Source of the DNA: an uncultured Clostridium sp.
Lineage (GTDB): Bacteria > Bacillota > Clostridia > TANB77 > CAG-508
DNA: 64,000 nt
Assembly (NCBI GenBank): GCA_945946655.1
Contig: CAMEWM010000003.1
Location: 28,109-92,108, forward strand
Direction of reading: 5' to 3'
The position numbers and the translations under genes are program-made. Shown here one piece after another: positions 61,158-64,000 of the stretch. The first letter of the stretch is position 1. Each line of letters begins with the position of its first letter. Under the pieces are notes generated by a model that saw only the letters and a program-made list of their open reading frames with translations, made no database searches and was not told the origin of the DNA.

Positions 61158-61352
61158 TTGAACTCCCCTATTCTATTTATTTTTATATATGTATGTTTTA
61201 TAAAATTAACTTTTAATTTACATAACTTATACATGTTATATCAAAATATTTGTCAATTGTAAATACATTTTCACAAAATTCTACAATTTATTTTTGTAAT
61301 TGTTATAATTAAAATACAATATTAATTCTAATTGTAACTTATAATTATTTGC

Positions 61353-62000
61353 TTAACAATACTTAATTAGCATTTGGCTTAAATTTCCTGATATATACGT
61401 CTCAACTAATGACGAACATATCAATATCGTTAAAATTAATAAAGAAAATATTGTATGCTTAAATATTTGTAATTTTATATTTTCTCTTCTTCTATCTTCC
61501 ATTATTAATCTATATAATTTTATTCCACTAACTGCTAAAGTTATAATTGCTGGTATGTATATTATATTTTGTAATAACATTGTAGAAAATATAAATAATA
61601 TTGCTTTTTCTGTTCCTAGAGTTGCAGTTATAGCCGATATTGTATAACCTATACAATATCCCTTATATCCAATTACTAGATATATCAATGGCACTCCTAT
61701 TACAGTAGATCCTAGAAACCACAACAATGTTGCGATACAGATATTATTAAAAATAGAAGAAAATAGCAATTCTTTTGTAGAAATTTGATAATTCTCTTTT
61801 ACAGAATTTATAAAGTTATTAATGTAGCTACTTATTTGATTTGATTGAGTTTCATTTGAATTGTTAACAAATAAAATTCCTAGTATTAGTCCAATAAAAA
61901 ATATTATTATTAAAATCAAATAAATTTTAGCATTTTCTTTTATGTAGTTAAAAACTATATTGCGTGCCTTATTTTTGCTATTTCTTCTTGTTCTTTTCAT
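61353..62000 (-). CDS. spoIIM: Stage II sporulation protein M
   Basis: 215 aa. Basic N-terminus followed by 5 TM helices with SpoIIM-like spacing. Confidence 0.75.
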   Translation of the reverse strand: MKRTRRNSKNKARNIVFNYIKENAKIYLILIIIFFIGLILGILFVNNSNETQSNQISSYINNFINSVKENYQISTKELLFSSIFNNICIATLLWFLGSTVIGVPLIYLVIGYKGYCIGYTISAITATLGTEKAILFIFSTMLLQNIIYIPAIITLAVSGIKLYRLIMEDRRRENIKLQIFKHTIFSLLILTILICSSLVETYISGNLSQMLIKYC

Positions 62001-62071
62001 TAATTCCTCCTAAGATTATGTTTTATACATAATGTCTATTCAATAATCTTAGAATTAGAACTCTATTTTAT

Positions 62072-63265
62072 CTATTCTGCAGATACTTTTCCGTACATTC
62101 CGCCTCCGCCAGCTTGTATTTTCATTTTACCTTCTCTTGAAGCTATTATTTCAGAAGCTACTTTCTCTCCAACTATCGCTTCTATATCGTCTTTTGATAA
62201 ATTATGTAATATAGTCATTTCTGTTCCAAATTTATTTAATAATTTATCTATTGTTTTTGAGCCAAGCCCTGGTATAAATGTAAGAGGTACTTGGTATATA
62301 TAAGGTGGTCTTTGTTTAGGGCTTTTACTTTCTTTCTTGTCCTTAATTAGCTCTATTCTATCAAATACTCCGAATGTAACTTTATCGCTACCACAATAAG
62401 GGCATATTTCTACAGGTTCTTTTGTCTCTATTACTTGATTACAATTATCACAAAAAGTTCTATGATATTTGCCAAGTTTTGGATCTAACCCATAATTACA
62501 TATAACCTTCCTTCCATCTTCTCCTTTTAAAGCTTTTACAATTTCTTTAAAACTTATATCTTTTACTAACATTTTATTGTATTCTCTTGCTATTTTTGGA
62601 AGTGAATGTGCATCTGAGTTTGTAACAAAAGTTTTATCCTCTAATTCTGAAATCATATCTGCTAAATATGTATCTGCACTCAATCCCAATTCAATAGCAA
62701 ATATTTTATTAAATTTTTCTTTGAATATATCTTTCATTCTATCAACGCAATTGCCATAGTAACTTTTAAATGGTGTAAAACAATGTGCAGGAATCAAAAT
62801 GCCATTATACCTTTCTACTATATCTATTAGTTCATATCCTGATACATTTGATCTTTGTGTACTTAATGTTATATTCTTTATATGATGGCTCATTTCTTCA
62901 GAAAATGCTTTTATATCAGACAAGTGTGGAAAGAAACATACATTATGAGCAGCTCCACATTTTCCATTTCTGCCAACTTCTGACGTCTCTACTTCGCTTC
63001 CTAATAATATACATACTTTATCTTTATATATTATTCCACCATCCTCAATCTCATAAGCTTCTCCTGTCTTTAAAAAGTTTTCTATGTCTTCAATTACATA
63101 TGGAGAAGCACAATCTATAATACCAACTACATTAATTCCTTTTCTATCAGCACATTCTCTTGCAATATTTGCAAAATTCAAACTTCTTGCTGCTGTTATT
63201 TTTATTGGTTTACCACTTTCACTTCTCCCTATGTGAACATGTAAATCCGCAAAAATTTCTTCCAT
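62072..63265 (-). CDS. PHP-domain protein with CxxC...CxxC zinc ribbon and C-terminal HhH (TIGR00375 / endonuclease Q-like)
   Basis: N-terminal ADLHVHIG PHP His motif. CDNCNQ...CPYCGS zinc ribbon. C-terminal IPGLGSKTIDKLL helix-hairpin-helix. Confidence 0.6.
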   Translation of the reverse strand: MEEIFADLHVHIGRSESGKPIKITAARSLNFANIARECADRKGINVVGIIDCASPYVIEDIENFLKTGEAYEIEDGGIIYKDKVCILLGSEVETSEVGRNGKCGAAHNVCFFPHLSDIKAFSEEMSHHIKNITLSTQRSNVSGYELIDIVERYNGILIPAHCFTPFKSYYGNCVDRMKDIFKEKFNKIFAIELGLSADTYLADMISELEDKTFVTNSDAHSLPKIAREYNKMLVKDISFKEIVKALKGEDGRKVICNYGLDPKLGKYHRTFCDNCNQVIETKEPVEICPYCGSDKVTFGVFDRIELIKDKKESKSPKQRPPYIYQVPLTFIPGLGSKTIDKLLNKFGTEMTILHNLSKDDIEAIVGEKVASEIIASREGKMKIQAGGGGMYGKVSAE

Positions 63266-63306
63266 TTTTATCTCCTTTTGTTTTTATATTTTATTTTTTC
63301 CTAAAG

Positions 63307-63338
63307 AAAATGAGGATAATAAACATCCTCATTTTTTA
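63307..63338. terminator. Bidirectional rho-independent terminator
   Basis: aaatgaggat-aataaac-atcctcattt plus T-run. Confidence 0.6.
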
Positions 63339-63347
63339 TCTTATGTT

Positions 63348-63689
63348 TTATCCTTTAAACCAATCTTCATATGCTCTTTCAGTCTTAGTTTGTCCCATAA
63401 TATCATGCTGTCTTATAGTTTCTTCTTTAGTCATTACTCTCGTTCTGTCATTAGATATTCTTGAAGAATCAACTAACTGTTCTAATGGTACACCATTTAC
63501 CCTATTTTGTAGAATGAAATGAATTTGTGGCATTTCTCTTATATATTCTGCCATATTCTTATTTCTACTTTCTTCATGTTCACTATGTTCTCTGAATCTA
63601 TCTAAATGTCTATTGGCTTCTTTTACTGCAGATGTTATAATTCCTACAGTATTTGGTATTATCAAATCATTAGGATTTACTAAACTCAT
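63348..63689 (-). CDS. Hypothetical protein (113 aa)
   Basis: ORF overlapping the upstream gene by 4 nt (ATGA-type coupling). No recognisable motif. Confidence 0.4.
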   Translation of the reverse strand: MSLVNPNDLIIPNTVGIITSAVKEANRHLDRFREHSEHEESRNKNMAEYIREMPQIHFILQNRVNGVPLEQLVDSSRISNDRTRVMTKEETIRQHDIMGQTKTERAYEDWFKG

Positions 63690-63997
63690 ACTTTTATAGC
63701 CTCCATTTTATTAACAAAATTTTTAAATGTTTCTAAGTATCTATTTTCTTTTCCTTTTAAATTTCTATATTCTAATAGCACTAAAGCTTCATCTACTTTA
63801 AATCCAATTCTTTCAGGTCTATCTAATAACATTCCTCCGAACTGGTCTATAAGTTCTAGTATATCTGCTTCTGGCTCTCTTGGTTCTGATCCACTATATC
63901 TATTTATTTGCTCACATATTCTACAAAATCTTTCATCAAATCCAAGTGTCGCTAAGTATTCGGCTCCTTCTTTTGCATATGTCTTTATTTTGCTCAT
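63686..63997 (-). CDS. Hypothetical protein (103 aa) with a CRIC motif
   Basis: ORF translationally coupled to 63348-63689. Confidence 0.4.
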   Translation of the reverse strand: MSKIKTYAKEGAEYLATLGFDERFCRICEQINRYSGSEPREPEADILELIDQFGGMLLDRPERIGFKVDEALVLLEYRNLKGKENRYLETFKNFVNKMEAIKV

Positions 63998-64000
63998 ATC

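Overview
This window is about 27-28% GC and looks like chromosome from a low-GC, spore-forming Firmicute (Clostridium-like). It is densely packed, and most genes sit on the minus strand.

Germinant receptor and sporulation genes present:
- a tricistronic GerA-type germinant receptor operon (A, B and C subunits)
- gpr
- spoIIM
- an xerD-like tyrosine recombinase

Housekeeping genes present:
- ftsH, cysS, a class A PBP, dprA, folD, thyX, metK, dinB and eno
- a CCA-adding enzyme, hslO, an RsmB/F-type methyltransferase, an L,D-transpeptidase and class-3 FBPase
- a NUDIX hydrolase, rlmD, trxA, trxB, a P-type ATPase, rluD-like, holA, a glycogen debranching enzyme, yvcK-like and murB
- a Wzx/MurJ-like flippase and five tRNAs, each with a plausible rho-independent terminator

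Anomalies that stand out:
1. A three-gene minus-strand cluster at 34713-39809. It encodes a 1280-aa cytosolic protein with an N-terminal duplicated Cys motif, an extra P-loop, two tandem CbbX/SpoVK-type AAA+ modules and a C-terminal FtsH-like M41 HExxH peptidase domain. A 54-aa acidic peptide ORF that is not in the supplied track follows it, then an acyltransferase-3 membrane protein. The large gene carries a near-identical internal tandem duplication with a period of about 810 bp.
2. Two short compositional islands with much higher GC than the host: about 42-45% at 46425-47305 and about 50-55% at 59530-60020. Each carries a single orphan gene with its own near-consensus promoter or RBS and a GC-rich terminator. 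The second sits between two tRNA-Gly genes.
3. A peptide deformylase fused in-frame to a YihX-like HAD phosphatase.
4. A frameshifted M23 peptidase.
5. An orphan vWA sortase substrate (IPQTG motif).
6. Several orphan hypothetical proteins (409 aa, 199 aa and 220 aa).

No CRISPR array, transposase or prophage structural genes are visible.
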